Positions 25,801-37,167 of a DNA stretch of 37,167 nucleotides are shown here, one piece after another (the first letter of the stretch is position 1; each line of letters begins with the position of its first letter). A program made the position numbers and the translations under genes. Source of the stretch: a bacterium (lineage in GTDB: Bacteria > Babelota > Babeliae > Babelales > JABDEC01); NCBI GenBank assembly GCA_947481115.1, contig CANKEI010000003.1, forward strand, positions 1 to 37,167. The letters run 5' to 3'. Under the pieces are notes generated by a model. The model saw nothing but the letters and a program-made list of their open reading frames with translations, was not told where the DNA came from and searched no databases.

Positions 25801-28800
25801 GTACTTACAGTAGTAAGTTCAGCAAGAGTGGCTAACGGATTAAATAAATAGGCCAGCATCTTCGGCAGGTATGGATAATTTAAGCTACCATAATTTTGAC
25901 CATTAATGTCATTAATTACTTGCGCTAAGTTGGTTTGAAGATTGATTAATTGTGCTGCTGTGAGGCCGGCATAAGGAGCCAAATTTTGCGTGGCGATTGC
26001 AGCGCCATTAACTAATTGAGCGTAGGTATTTTCGATAGCGACCTGGTTGGTAGGATTAAAATTAGCCAATAAATTTGCTAAGTCGGTATTTAAAGTTGCG
26101 CTTACGGGCTTTGTTGCCAGAGCATCAGTAGCGAGCTGTTGGATTGCTGTCATTAATGTAACTGGCTCTGTAGCGGTTGTAAGCGTGAGCATTAAACTAG
26201 CTAAGTCAGTTTGAATTTGTGCCGGAATATTATTTTTAATACTAGCAGTTAAGTTAGTATAAGCTGTTTGTGTCGCAGTTATATTAGCAGTAGTTGCTAA
26301 AGGATTAAACAAATAGCTCAAGCATGTTGGTATATCTGTATTTAAACCGGCAAAGCTTGGTGGTAAGTTAATACTATTAATTAACGCATCTAAGTTTGTT
26401 TCCATATTAGTTAATTGTGCGGCTGTAAGATTTTTATATGGAACTAGATTAGTGCTAGCAACAGCTGCGCTGTCAGCTAAAGATTGATAGGCGCTAGTAA
26501 TAGCATTTTGGTTAGTTGAATTAAAACTAGTCAGTATATTGTTTAAATCAGTATTTAAAGTTGCTGCGATTGGAGTAACTTGAGTGGTATCGATGATTAA
26601 TTGTTTAAGCGCTGAACTTAAAATATTTAATTCGGTGTTAGCGGTTAATTTTGCTAACAAGCTAACCATTAAGCTAGCAGCACTTGATCCATTAATACCG
26701 GCAACTAAACTAGTATAAGCTGTTTGTACGTTAGTGATTTCAGCGGCAGTTGCTAATGGATTAAATAAATAAGTTAAGAAATTTGGAATATCAGTGCTTA
26801 ATTGTGTAAAGCCATTAGTGTTAATATGGTTAATCAGATTACTTAAACTAGTTTCTAAATTAGTTAATTGTATTGGCGTGATTAAGGCTTTGGTGGCTAC
26901 ATTAGTATATGGGGCAATATTAGCAGTAGTTGTAGCAACACTGCTAGTTAAAAGCTGATAATAGTTAGCAATTACGCTAGCATTGGTAGGATTAAAGTTA
27001 ACTAAAAGATTATCAAGATCGGTGTTTAATGTAGTGGCTACCAAAGTAGTTCCTACAGCATCAGTAATTAATTGTTGTATAGCGGTTACTAACGCAGCTG
27101 GTATTTCAGCGCTAGTAACATTTGTGGTCGCAAGTAATGCTGCGATTAGTGCTGTAGTTAAGGTTGGAATGCTAGAATTGTTAGCTTTAATAGCATTTGC
27201 TAGATTGCTATATGCTGTTTCAACTATGGCTAAATTAGCTGGTGTAACTTGGGGGTTAAATAAGTAGGCTAATAAGGTGGGCAGAGTTGTATTTAGATTT
27301 GTAATCGGACTACTATTAATACTGCTAATTAAAGCTGCTAAGCTAGTAGTTAGAGAATTTAATTGCGCGGTTATATATGCCGTCATTTGTTCTGGCCATC
27401 TTTGTCCTTTAGGCACAGTGCTTAGAGCACTAAATAAGCTAATGAATAATTGCTGTTGGATTAACGGTACCGTGCTTTGTGGTACGATAGTTGTGAGCTC
27501 TGTAATAAAATCTGCTAATAATATTGGAGATAAGGCGCCTGTTTGCGGCAGAATAGTAGTCATAGCAGTAAATAGATTTTCCATGGTGGCTTGTTGACCA
27601 CTGGTTGGAATAGTAGTTAAGGCCGTGAACAAATCTCCTAAGGTAATGTTATCGCTGAGTGTGGTTATAGCTTTAAAGACAGCATCTAGGTCATCTTTTT
27701 GGCTAACATTAGGCACTGACTGAATGTCGGTAATTAATGCTTGATAAAGCGGCGCTACAGTATTATCAGCTTTAGTATCAGTTTCACCAAAAGCAAGATG
27801 AATCAAGTTGAGTGTGTCGGCTGCAAGATTGGCAGATTTACTGTTAACGTCAGTCAAGACAGTTTGGTATTGTGCATTAAGATCAACTTTAGCCTGTTGA
27901 AAAGGAATATTCAGAATAGCCGCAATGTCAGTATTTAAAGTGGCGCTATTAGCGGGAGTCTGAATATCATTAATTAAGCTATAATAAGCTTGACAAGGTA
28001 GTGGTCCAGTAAATGTGGTAGCCGGTGCTACTGGTGCAACGCAGGCGGTCGTGGTTGTTTGATAAATATCATTTAATACTGCACTCAATTGCTTGGCAAT
28101 ATAAGAACTAGAATATTTATTCTGGATATCTCCAACCAGAGTATTATAATCGCTTGCAAGATTGCTTTGTTGAAAAGTCTGATTTCCTTGTGGAATATCA
28201 TTGATATATAATTGCATAGCTTGGATTAAAGTTAGCAGATCAACATTAAGCGTAGTAGTTTTAACGGTGATGCTTTGGGAATCAATAATAAGCTGTTGAT
28301 AAGCATTTTGTAGGTTAGTTAACTGTGGACTACTTGTATCGCCAGTGAAAACCATGGCCCATAATGTAGCAAAAGCGGCCGTAAGTTTAGTATTATTTCT
28401 TAGATTATTAATCAGTGCTTGATAATCAGCCATAACTGTAGCGATATTGGCCCCTGTATTGTTTTGAGTAGCAGTTTGTTGTAAAAACGTTCCAAAATCT
28501 GTTTCTGTTTTTGTTCCTTTTGCTGTTTGAATATCTGTATAAAACTGGTACAGTGCTGTGGCTGCATTAGGAGTGGCAGAAGGAAACGTAATGCAATTGA
28601 GAGTGGTTGGGCAATAAATGGAGTTTAATAAGGCTGGAAAATCTGTTTTTTGCAACTGAATACTATCTGCCAAATCAGTTGTTAATTTATTATAGGCTGT
28701 GGAAATAGCTTGATAAGCTGGCAGCGGGGTTGAAGAACAACTAGCGTCAGTAGTGTCAGTGCAAATCTCTGGTTCCTTAGTAGTTGGATTTATCTTCAGC

Positions 28801-31499
28801 ATAGAAATGGCCTTACCCCATGGTGCTGGCAATAGTCTCTCATAATACGTTTTTTGTCCATCCATATCACCGTTTTTAACGGCAGTAAAATAAGCTTGAT
28901 AGTTAGGATTAATATAATTTCCATTAGCATCTTTACCATTTATAATTGGGTCTAGTGGACTACTTTGGTTAGACAAAATTAACATTAATTCTTCTTGTAA
29001 TTCAGCTAAATAAGCCTGGAGAGTAGTTGGCTCAGCACCTTTTAAGGCTTCACCAATAGTTGTAGACGGACCTATTTTAGTGATCGGTTCGCAATTTATT
29101 ACGGTTTTATCATTGCTCCTACAGTTGACTAAATTGCCGTTTTTATCACAGCAAGTGTTCCCGGTATATTTTAATTTATTAACATAATCAGTGGCGGCTT
29201 TGATCGTCAATAAATCACCAATCGCACTAGCATACGTTTGCCCAACGGTTAAATCATGGTTAAATATTTCATTGAAAGCGGTGATAGTTGTATTATATAT
29301 ATTGGCACAAATCAAATTATATAATGCGCCATTGGTAGGATCAGAATTAAAAAGACCTGGGGATCCTTGAGGCTGACAGGTACCAGTAGCGGCGCCAGTA
29401 GGTATGTCACAATAACTGTTTTGGCAGGTATAAGATAAGCCTAACTCTTTTGGGTAGATAACACTACAGTTTTCATTAGTTTTACATTGCAAGACGCATT
29501 GCCCATTTAAACAGATTAGGTCGGATGCATTATATGGCGTAGTCGGGTCAGTTGAAACTGTGCAGTCTGATGTTTGTCCGCAAGCACCGCCAAAGCAAGC
29601 AGGTTGTCCATATAAACCATCTGCAATTATGCAATTGAGACTTTCGGCTGTTCCCGTACAGGCATTGCTAGGTACGGAATAGATACAGGTGTTGATATTT
29701 GTGCCACAGGCTGCGGCATTTTCACAACAAACTGTACCATTGCAACACATAGTTCCATCAGCCGTATTCGTTGTTGTATTTAAGCATGATGCACCAATAC
29801 AGGAACCGACAATTTGGGTAAGGTTAAAATTAGTACCACTTGTAGAGCAGGTGATATAGTCATTGGTGTTGTCAGGGCACGAAATACCCAAGCTTAAATT
29901 ACTTTCAGAGAATAAACAGGTTATCCCTATAGTTACCGGTGGATTAGCGATATTGCCAGAACCTGTAGTCTCACTAGCATTAGATGGATTAATCATGAAA
30001 CCATAAATTGGACCACCATTCGATGTAGCATCGCTTGGTTGGCCAGAACCTTGAACTAAGGCATAGTTATAATCATAGGTGCCAGGCGTAGTTCCGCCAA
30101 TTACAAGACCAGGCCAAGTTGGATTTAAATATAGTTCTGATTCTTCAATAGCATTTAGTAGAGCTTGCGTATTGACACTTTCATCTGGATTAGTTTCGCT
30201 ACAGATCACACTAAATTGATTAAATAAACCATCTTGAGGGTTACTAATAATCTGGCAACTTAGAGTGCCGCTAATATCACAGCAGGCTGGTGGAGTCCCT
30301 CCTGTGACAGCGCATGTGCTTATACTGCCAGCGCAATTAGGCGCAATTTGGACATTCACTTTGATTTCTTGAGTTAATGCATAAATGGTAGGTACATTTG
30401 CAGCTGTAATAAGGGAAACATTATTTGAATTTAAATAGTTAATGCCACCAGTGCCAGCAGGCGGAGGAGCTTCTGTAGCACTAATATATTGATAGTAATC
30501 TGCACTATAGTTAGCATTTTTGATTAAGATGGATGGAATAGCGGTGAATGGTGTAGTATTACTGTTTAATGTATAAGTATCGAGCCCAAGGCCATGACAA
30601 GTATCAGTTTGCATACAATTAAGTACTGGTAATGGGTTATTGGGAGGTATAATCCAATTACCGTTACCATCCTTGTTTTTAGGATAATTTGTTGGAACCA
30701 GTGTGCAAACAGTTGTTTTACCATCTTCCGGCCATAATTGACAGGTTAAGCCACCTGTTAAGCCGCAGTTAGTAGCATCCATAGTACCAAGTGCAGTAGA
30801 GCAATTTGCGCCAGCATTGTTTAGGACGCATACGCCAGAATTTTGATCACATGCCAGATCTGGATTAGGGGTTATTTTATCATTTTGCAAGCAATCTTTG
30901 CTAGTTTGGCAAGCTGCGCCAATATTTGTGGCACAAATGCCTTCCGTACAATATAGATCATAATCTGATTTGCCATACGGCATATTAATGCAATCAGAAT
31001 TGGAAGCACATTTTTGCGCGACAGTCTGATAGGCTTGATTAATAATGCCTGCGGTGGTCGCAGATCCTTGATAAACACTGGTGCCAAGCATGTTAGCTTC
31101 AGCCAAAGCAATTTGGTCAAGTGTCCAGTTAATGGCACTCATAAAGCTAGTCGCTTTATCAACCACAAGTTGAAAATTAGTGCCATAGTTAGTGAGCGCA
31201 TCTACTATTTTATTATTTAATAAATCTGAAACGGATATCTGATCAAATGCTTCAAAAGCATCTACGTCAGTTTCATATTGTGGTAAACCGCAGCTTTGTT
31301 GGCAATTTACTATAGAGGCATTATCTTTATGGGCACATTGACAATAGGTGTTTTTACAATAGTTAATATCAAATGCGCCGCCAACAGGGCAGGAAGGGGG
31401 TGTTTGAGCAAATAGCTCTACAGGTACACCAGTTAATACTAGTGCTATGGTCAGTAAGCGACAAAGCTTTTTACTAATGGTTCGTATAAACTTATTCAT
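22875..31499 (-). CDS. Giant (2874 aa) exported Cys-rich, helical-repeat, single-pass membrane protein of unknown function
   Basis: Uninterrupted 8.6-kb ORF with a GGGGA RBS and signal peptide (..LLTIALVLTGVPVELFA). Cys-rich first third, five YLFNP repeats, TM segment AMGLFILQILLGAGFATY, charged tail. Confidence 0.9.
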   Translation of the reverse strand: MNKFIRTISKKLCRLLTIALVLTGVPVELFAQTPPSCPVGGAFDINYCKNTYCQCAHKDNASIVNCQQSCGLPQYETDVDAFEAFDQISVSDLLNNKIVDALTNYGTNFQLVVDKATSFMSAINWTLDQIALAEANMLGTSVYQGSATTAGIINQAYQTVAQKCASNSDCINMPYGKSDYDLYCTEGICATNIGAACQTSKDCLQNDKITPNPDLACDQNSGVCVLNNAGANCSTALGTMDATNCGLTGGLTCQLWPEDGKTTVCTLVPTNYPKNKDGNGNWIIPPNNPLPVLNCMQTDTCHGLGLDTYTLNSNTTPFTAIPSILIKNANYSADYYQYISATEAPPPAGTGGINYLNSNNVSLITAANVPTIYALTQEIKVNVQIAPNCAGSISTCAVTGGTPPACCDISGTLSCQIISNPQDGLFNQFSVICSETNPDESVNTQALLNAIEESELYLNPTWPGLVIGGTTPGTYDYNYALVQGSGQPSDATSNGGPIYGFMINPSNASETTGSGNIANPPVTIGITCLFSESNLSLGISCPDNTNDYITCSTSGTNFNLTQIVGSCIGASCLNTTTNTADGTMCCNGTVCCENAAACGTNINTCIYSVPSNACTGTAESLNCIIADGLYGQPACFGGACGQTSDCTVSTDPTTPYNASDLICLNGQCVLQCKTNENCSVIYPKELGLSYTCQNSYCDIPTGAATGTCQPQGSPGLFNSDPTNGALYNLICANIYNTTITAFNEIFNHDLTVGQTYASAIGDLLTIKAATDYVNKLKYTGNTCCDKNGNLVNCRSNDKTVINCEPITKIGPSTTIGEALKGAEPTTLQAYLAELQEELMLILSNQSSPLDPIINGKDANGNYINPNYQAYFTAVKNGDMDGQKTYYERLLPAPWGKAISMLKINPTTKEPEICTDTTDASCSSTPLPAYQAISTAYNKLTTDLADSIQLQKTDFPALLNSIYCPTTLNCITFPSATPNAATALYQFYTDIQTAKGTKTETDFGTFLQQTATQNNTGANIATVMADYQALINNLRNNTKLTAAFATLWAMVFTGDTSSPQLTNLQNAYQQLIIDSQSITVKTTTLNVDLLTLIQAMQLYINDIPQGNQTFQQSNLASDYNTLVGDIQNKYSSSYIAKQLSAVLNDIYQTTTTACVAPVAPATTFTGPLPCQAYYSLINDIQTPANSATLNTDIAAILNIPFQQAKVDLNAQYQTVLTDVNSKSANLAADTLNLIHLAFGETDTKADNTVAPLYQALITDIQSVPNVSQKDDLDAVFKAITTLSDNITLGDLFTALTTIPTSGQQATMENLFTAMTTILPQTGALSPILLADFITELTTIVPQSTVPLIQQQLFISLFSALSTVPKGQRWPEQMTAYITAQLNSLTTSLAALISSINSSPITNLNTTLPTLLAYLFNPQVTPANLAIVETAYSNLANAIKANNSSIPTLTTALIAALLATTNVTSAEIPAALVTAIQQLITDAVGTTLVATTLNTDLDNLLVNFNPTNASVIANYYQLLTSSVATTTANIAPYTNVATKALITPIQLTNLETSLSNLINHINTNGFTQLSTDIPNFLTYLFNPLATAAEITNVQTAYTSLVAGINGSSAASLMVSLLAKLTANTELNILSSALKQLIIDTTQVTPIAATLNTDLNNILTSFNSTNQNAITSAYQSLADSAAVASTNLVPYKNLTAAQLTNMETNLDALINSINLPPSFAGLNTDIPTCLSYLFNPLATTANITATQTAYTNLTASIKNNIPAQIQTDLASLMLTLTTATEPVTLMTAIQQLATDALATKPVSATLNTDLANLLANFNPTNQVAIENTYAQLVNGAAIATQNLAPYAGLTAAQLINLQTNLAQVINDINGQNYGSLNYPYLPKMLAYLFNPLATLAELTTVSTAYGKLVAGINTSGETPTEIAALAATLMGSLTTNHQLTLDLTNAIIQLAKDALATKPVSATLNTDLVNILNNFNPTNQIKIATIYQQTLESAAIATANLALYYNNPNAANNKIPGTPSDRQLAMVENKIENVIYAVQTNNLINLNKYLPVMLTYLFNPIPNNSALDNIELAYTTLITGITIPATTTFINKLTTVTQTGTMISAIQQLITDAQSANPGSAALYADLLNLFTNFNPSEDIATPYNKMVTDINAYTATAKALNTDLLNLFTYLAHLALAASADQIKTDFNQLVSDLGQTAQTGDMNRLMTDIFGATQPAQLATALQTLILDVLSEQTSTQLNTDLNALLSVDITQAIQNITTAYTAVAAAAANPANTTAAALTKLLTDIYGNATVSAELSAAYNTIIEDIASGATSAILFADLSKLLQQLTPTAVTNHLAINTEALAVVADLDMAIGTTLTNDTKALLDATFPSTMTDLNTELLQLITDINLDLGASGTTTLNADMLALLSEMAVQNGNPSPTDMPKFYNAVVSDINTGASAAATLTTDLTTLLASLYNTNDNGIIQGALFSAFQNMITALQDSSSAAMTNQNSSMPLLLYAINNFPITELPLILIEMINGKAETASPASYLSGATGGNGVPILGTQVSFNFPNPMPSPLIVGPWSMYDVDLAKELSVAYANNTLLANTESPSQTTFKDLPGQYSGIHFPQIAIDYTEYKTAVLSGSINQTTPSPIVSNWCAGSVVQTKDAAGNITSNWQCDTPYSVPAMDAYFALLADYQIYSTVQGYFQTATPPQPPPGTGSWSQDITEYAMGLFILQILLGAGFATYKYFKEKAADKKKVAEAKEKAEGNESANRSGTAEAISTDKGTRAGQKVEAGTRAKEVEGGPTATDRAAGSKANAVENLVDEIRLGRIKGITYGQKVNEMTDELKTKLSSAMVEASGREVTAEEAMAQIAKAFEGKVDSAIEDILRDIKF

Positions 31500-31727
31500 A
31501 AATATCTGTCCCCAAAATCTTTTGGTTTCCCCAAAAAATTAATTTAATATTTTTGATATTAACAATTAATTTAATTCTTAATAATTACACTTAGGTTAAG
31601 AATAATTAAACTAGTGATTGAGATACAAGAGTATGGGGATAATTATTGGATTAACTGTTATGTTAGGGCCTAAACTTGAAAAATTTAGTTTAAGTTGTGT
31701 GGACGATTTATGTGTTTATAGATTATT

Positions 31728-31824
31728 TATGGTTCGATATGCCCTAATGGGCTACTCGCCACGAACGTGCCCAGCGACTGTACCCGTCATATCTTTTTGG
31801 ATATGACGGGTGTATCGAACCATA
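31728..31824. repeat. 97-bp inverted doublet of the TGGT-type palindromic element
   Basis: Perfect 12-bp ends TATGGTTCGATA/TATCGAACCATA. Internal hairpins GCCC-TAAT-GGGC and ACCCGTCATATC-TTTTTG-GATATGACGGGT. Lies just downstream of lon. Confidence 0.85.
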
Positions 31825-31843
31825 TCAACTAGTTTCATTTCTA

Positions 31844-34183
31844 TTAAGCTGCGCTGACTAAGACATGATCTAAGACTTCGTTAGCAGTGTGTACCCAGAT
31901 CAGTTCTAGGTCGCCCACAATATCTTTAAGCTTAGATAGTTCATTTTGATTCTTAAATGGTAAAATTACGGACTTTAAGCCGTTACGCCTAGCAGCTAGT
32001 ACTTTTTCTTTCACGCCGCCGATCGGCATCACTTCGCCTTGCAAATTTAGTTCGCCAGTCATAGCATAACTAGCTTTAATCGGACGTTTGGTGAAGGCTG
32101 ATAAAATGGCTGACAAGATGGTAATTCCCGCTGAAGGGCCATCTTTAGGCACTGCACCAGCTGGTACGTGAATATGTAGATCGGTAGTATCGAACAATTC
32201 ATGCGCGATCTTAAATTCAGCAGCATGGGCCCGCGCGTAGCTTAAAGCAGCCTGCGCAGATTCTTTCATGACGTCGCCTAATTGACCAGTTAAAGTTAAC
32301 TTACCTTTGCCTGGCATTAAGACCGCTTCGATTTTAATTATATCGCCGCCATAACTGGTCCAAGCTAGCCCATTACAGATCCCAATCGAGTTCTCACGAC
32401 TAAGTGTATCTTCGATAAAGATCTTGGGCCCCAGGAATTCCATAATATTAGCACAGGTAAATTCTGGAATCGTAGTTTGTTCTACAAATTGTCTAGTTGC
32501 TTTAGAACACAGTTTCTTGATGGTACGCTCGAGTTGTCGTACACCAGCTTCACGGGTATAAGAACTGATAATATCAGCTAGTAATAGATCTGAAAGTGGG
32601 ACATGGTGATGCTCTAAGCCCGCTTCTTTTAGTGCACGAGGTACAATATAGTTACGGGCAATCTGGAGTTTTTCTTCTTGGGTGTAGCCCGAGACATGAA
32701 TGATTTCCATGCGATCGCGTAATGGTTCAGAGATCGTATCTAAGCTATTAGCCGTAGCAATGAAAATCGCTTTCGAGAGATCAAATGGGACGCCTAAATA
32801 ATTATCGTAGAAAGTTTTGTTTTGATGTGGATCTAGCACTTCTAGCATGGCCGCTGATGGGTCACCTCTAAAGTCTGTGCCGATCTTGTCGATTTCATCG
32901 ATAATAATTACCGGATTATTACTTTTAGCTTTACGGATGCCCTGAATGAATCGGCCTGGCATCGCGCCCACATAAGTCCGTCGATGGCCACGAATTTCAG
33001 CTTCATCACGGATGCCACCAAGTGATATGCGTACGTAATTACGGTCTAAACACTTAGCGATCGATTTGCCTAATGAAGTCTTACCAGTACCTGGCGGTCC
33101 GGCAAAACATAAAATTGGTGCCGCGGAATCTTGTTTGAGATTACAGACTGAGATAAAATCTAAAATTCTTTCTTTGACTTCTTCGAGACCATAGTGATCT
33201 TCATCTAAGATCTTGCGCGCATGTTTTAAATCTAAAATATCAGTCGTAGCTTCGGTCCATGGTAAAGAAAAAATCCAGTCCAGATAGTTACGTGTGACGG
33301 TAGCCTCCATGGAATCGGGGGCAGTTTTTTCTAAACGATTTAATTGACGATTAATCTCTTCACGAACTTCAACAGAAACTGGCAAGGTAGCTAATTTATC
33401 ACGCATGATTTCTAGATCATCACAATCATCTTCGCCGAGCTCTTTCTTGATCGCTTTAAGTTGTTCCCGTAAATAATATTCTTTTTGCGATTGGTTCATG
33501 GCTTCGCGGGCATTATTGCGAATTTGCTCTTGCACTTCTGAAACTTGTACTTCACCTTGTAATAACTTATAAATGGTTTTTAAAAATAGACAGGTGTCAT
33601 TAATTTCTAATAATTCTTGCAGTTTTTCTACTTTAAGATTTAAGTGTGACAAAATAAAATCAGCTATTTTATCTGGATCTTCCATCTTAGAAATAATTAT
33701 ATGAAAGTCGGGACTGAAACTATAACCATTCGCATTGATGCGTTCACTAAAAGCTTTAATATCTTTAATGCAGTCGGCAATGGCAGATTTATTATCATTA
33801 ATGGGTGTGATCTTACTAATTTTAGCAACTAAAAAGCTGTCGTCAGCTTGTAATTTATCGACCGTAGCTTTGCAGATACCCTGAACTAAAATTTTGATGC
33901 CCCCATTTGGTAACTTTACTACCCGCATAATTGTAGAAACGGTACCCGTACTATATAGATCTTTGGTACCAATCGCCTCCTGTTCTTCGGATTTCATCCG
34001 TGTGCCTAATAATAAAACCAGCTTCGAGCCATTTAAAGCTTGCTCAATGCCATTAATGATTTTTTCATCGACCACTAGTAGTGGTACGATCATATGCGGG
34101 AAAACAATCGTGTCCATGGTAGGCACAACGGGTATGATTTCCGGTATTGAAGATAAAGAATCTCTGTCATTGCTTGTATCCAC
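31844..34183 (-). CDS. lon: Lon ATP-dependent protease
   Basis: LDEDHYGL, GPPGTGKT, DEAEIRGHRRTYVGAMPG, DEIDK, PKDGPSAG (catalytic Ser), IGGVKEK (catalytic Lys). AGGGGGG precedes the GTG start. Confidence 0.98.
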   Translation of the reverse strand: MDTSNDRDSLSSIPEIIPVVPTMDTIVFPHMIVPLLVVDEKIINGIEQALNGSKLVLLLGTRMKSEEQEAIGTKDLYSTGTVSTIMRVVKLPNGGIKILVQGICKATVDKLQADDSFLVAKISKITPINDNKSAIADCIKDIKAFSERINANGYSFSPDFHIIISKMEDPDKIADFILSHLNLKVEKLQELLEINDTCLFLKTIYKLLQGEVQVSEVQEQIRNNAREAMNQSQKEYYLREQLKAIKKELGEDDCDDLEIMRDKLATLPVSVEVREEINRQLNRLEKTAPDSMEATVTRNYLDWIFSLPWTEATTDILDLKHARKILDEDHYGLEEVKERILDFISVCNLKQDSAAPILCFAGPPGTGKTSLGKSIAKCLDRNYVRISLGGIRDEAEIRGHRRTYVGAMPGRFIQGIRKAKSNNPVIIIDEIDKIGTDFRGDPSAAMLEVLDPHQNKTFYDNYLGVPFDLSKAIFIATANSLDTISEPLRDRMEIIHVSGYTQEEKLQIARNYIVPRALKEAGLEHHHVPLSDLLLADIISSYTREAGVRQLERTIKKLCSKATRQFVEQTTIPEFTCANIMEFLGPKIFIEDTLSRENSIGICNGLAWTSYGGDIIKIEAVLMPGKGKLTLTGQLGDVMKESAQAALSYARAHAAEFKIAHELFDTTDLHIHVPAGAVPKDGPSAGITILSAILSAFTKRPIKASYAMTGELNLQGEVMPIGGVKEKVLAARRNGLKSVILPFKNQNELSKLKDIVGDLELIWVHTANEVLDHVLVSAA

Positions 34184-34311
34184 AATGCCCCCCTATGTTT
34201 TGGCGATTGACAATACTCCAGCAGTTTAGAATGCTGGTTATCTAAAAAACAATATTTTGGTATTCTGAGTAGTCGAAACTCAGTTGGGCTAGTTAACTTT
34301 GTGAGTAATTT

Positions 34312-36413
<2,102 letters not shown>

Positions 36414-36445
36414 AATAGAGTTATAAAAAAACAAAGTCCTAATTT

Positions 36446-36508
36446 CCCGCTCCAGGCGTCGCCAGAGGCTATGCCGGACACGGTCGTCCCGAGCGAAGTC
36501 GAGGGATG
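36446..36508 (-). repeat. Palindromic core plus 33-bp module between atpD and atpC
   Basis: CCCGCTCCAGGCGTCGCCAGAGGCTATGCCGGACACGGTCGTCCCGAGCGAAGTCGAGGGATG. Confidence 0.88.
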
Positions 36509-36560
36509 CTGCGGGTATGATTTCGAGAACAAACTATATATTGTGAAAGAAATTATATCT

Positions 36561-36806
36561 ATGAAACTACAGTTAATTTCGCTGGATCAACCAGTGTATG
36601 AATATGAAATTAGTTGGCTAGAATTAGATACAACTACCGGTAATTATGTAATTCAGCCGGGTCATGCACCCATGATTTTAATTTTAACACCAGACTCTAA
36701 AGTAACTTGTTGTTTAGTTAGAAACGGCGAACAAAAATTGTTTATAATTCGAGATGGGATAGTGCATATTAAACGAGATGGTATAATCTTGAGTTACAAT
36801 AGTTAA
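36561..36806 (+). CDS. atpC: ATP synthase epsilon subunit, N-terminal domain only (81 aa)
   Basis: MKLQLIS...TTTGNYVIQPGHAPMI...FIIRDGIVHI. Follows atpD. No C-terminal helices. Confidence 0.8.
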   Translation: MKLQLISLDQPVYEYEISWLELDTTTGNYVIQPGHAPMILILTPDSKVTCCLVRNGEQKLFIIRDGIVHIKRDGIILSYNS

Positions 36807-36887
36807 ATTAAATAATATTAGACACAATCCTAAAAGCAGCAATCAAGGGGCTAATATTAGAAGAAGCAGTCACCTTAAGCAATAATA

Positions 36888-37167
36888 TTATCTTGAGTTA
36901 TTTTTTTTAAGCGCTTGAATCTGTTCAATACTTAAACCAGTTGTCTGTACAATTGTCGCAATATCTAAAACATCTAATAGCCGTTTTGCAATTTCAAGCG
37001 CTTTTTTTTGTTCACCCTTAGCCAACCCCTTAACCTCACCCTTAGCTTCAGCAGTTTCAATTTGGCTGATTTGGGATCGTAAAGCATCTAAATATTTTTC
37101 GTATTGCAGCATTTCTTGATTAGACCAATTACTTTGGGCTAGCAGACCAAAAGCATCCGTAAAATTA
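36888..37167 (-). CDS. C-terminus of an Rpn/PD-(D/E)XK nuclease-family putative transposase (partial)
   Basis: Frame is open to the window edge: AFGLLAQSNWSNQEMLQYEKY...AKGEVKGLAKGEQKKALEIAKRLL...IVQTTGLSIEQI. Confidence 0.8.
   Translation of the reverse strand, partial: NFTDAFGLLAQSNWSNQEMLQYEKYLDALRSQISQIETAEAKGEVKGLAKGEQKKALEIAKRLLDVLDIATIVQTTGLSIEQIQALKKNNSR

Noticed and set aside
31618-31806. 62-aa ORF
   Set aside because: It runs through the 97-bp palindromic doublet, antisense to both flanking genes.
3469-34229. Short antisense or nested ORFs within aspS, eno, DUF1016, gspD, gspL, gspC, the barrel gene, the giant gene and lon
   Set aside because: Shadow frames of long, well-supported genes.
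34207-34232. TTGACA...TAGAAT sigma70-like promoter for orn
   Set aside because: The spacer is only 14 nt.
36471-36560. 30-aa N-terminal extension of AtpC starting in the repeat
   Set aside because: ATG 36561 gives a normal epsilon start. Translation from the element's ATG (preceded by GAGG at too short a spacing) is unsupported, though not excluded.
36782-36900. TA(T)(A/T)ATCTTGAGTTA shared by the atpC end and the Rpn gene end, plus three TAATATTA motifs
   Set aside because: A 14/15 match in very AT-rich DNA. It resembles the gene-end duplications at 6215-8937 but is too short to call.

Overview
AT-rich bacterial chromosome segment. Gene content and the lineage-type beta-barrel proteins suggest an intracellular Dependentiae/Babelota (TM6)-like organism; this is inference, not a database result. 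Housekeeping genes are aspS, a degenerate enolase homologue, galE, lon, orn, atpD and atpC. There is a small accessory patch (truncated DUF1016 nuclease, frameshifted RelE/HigB-type toxin, HTH antitoxin) bounded by duplicated gene ends. A minus-strand operon runs moxR-gspC-gspD-gspL-gspM-gspD with two secretins, and a 2874-aa Cys-rich, repeat-rich single-pass membrane protein lies further on. The main unexplained signal is a dispersed, modular palindromic element. I count 12 copies of a core hairpin, stem-TCGA-variable loop-CTC-stem'-YGARCGG, whose stem covaries (TCCC/GGGA, CCCC/GGGG, TGGT/ACCA, TGGT/GCCA). Some copies are nested in a ~156-159 bp TA-flanked MITE-like unit. Several are inserted in frame into atpD, gspC and both secretin genes, like Rickettsia palindromic elements.
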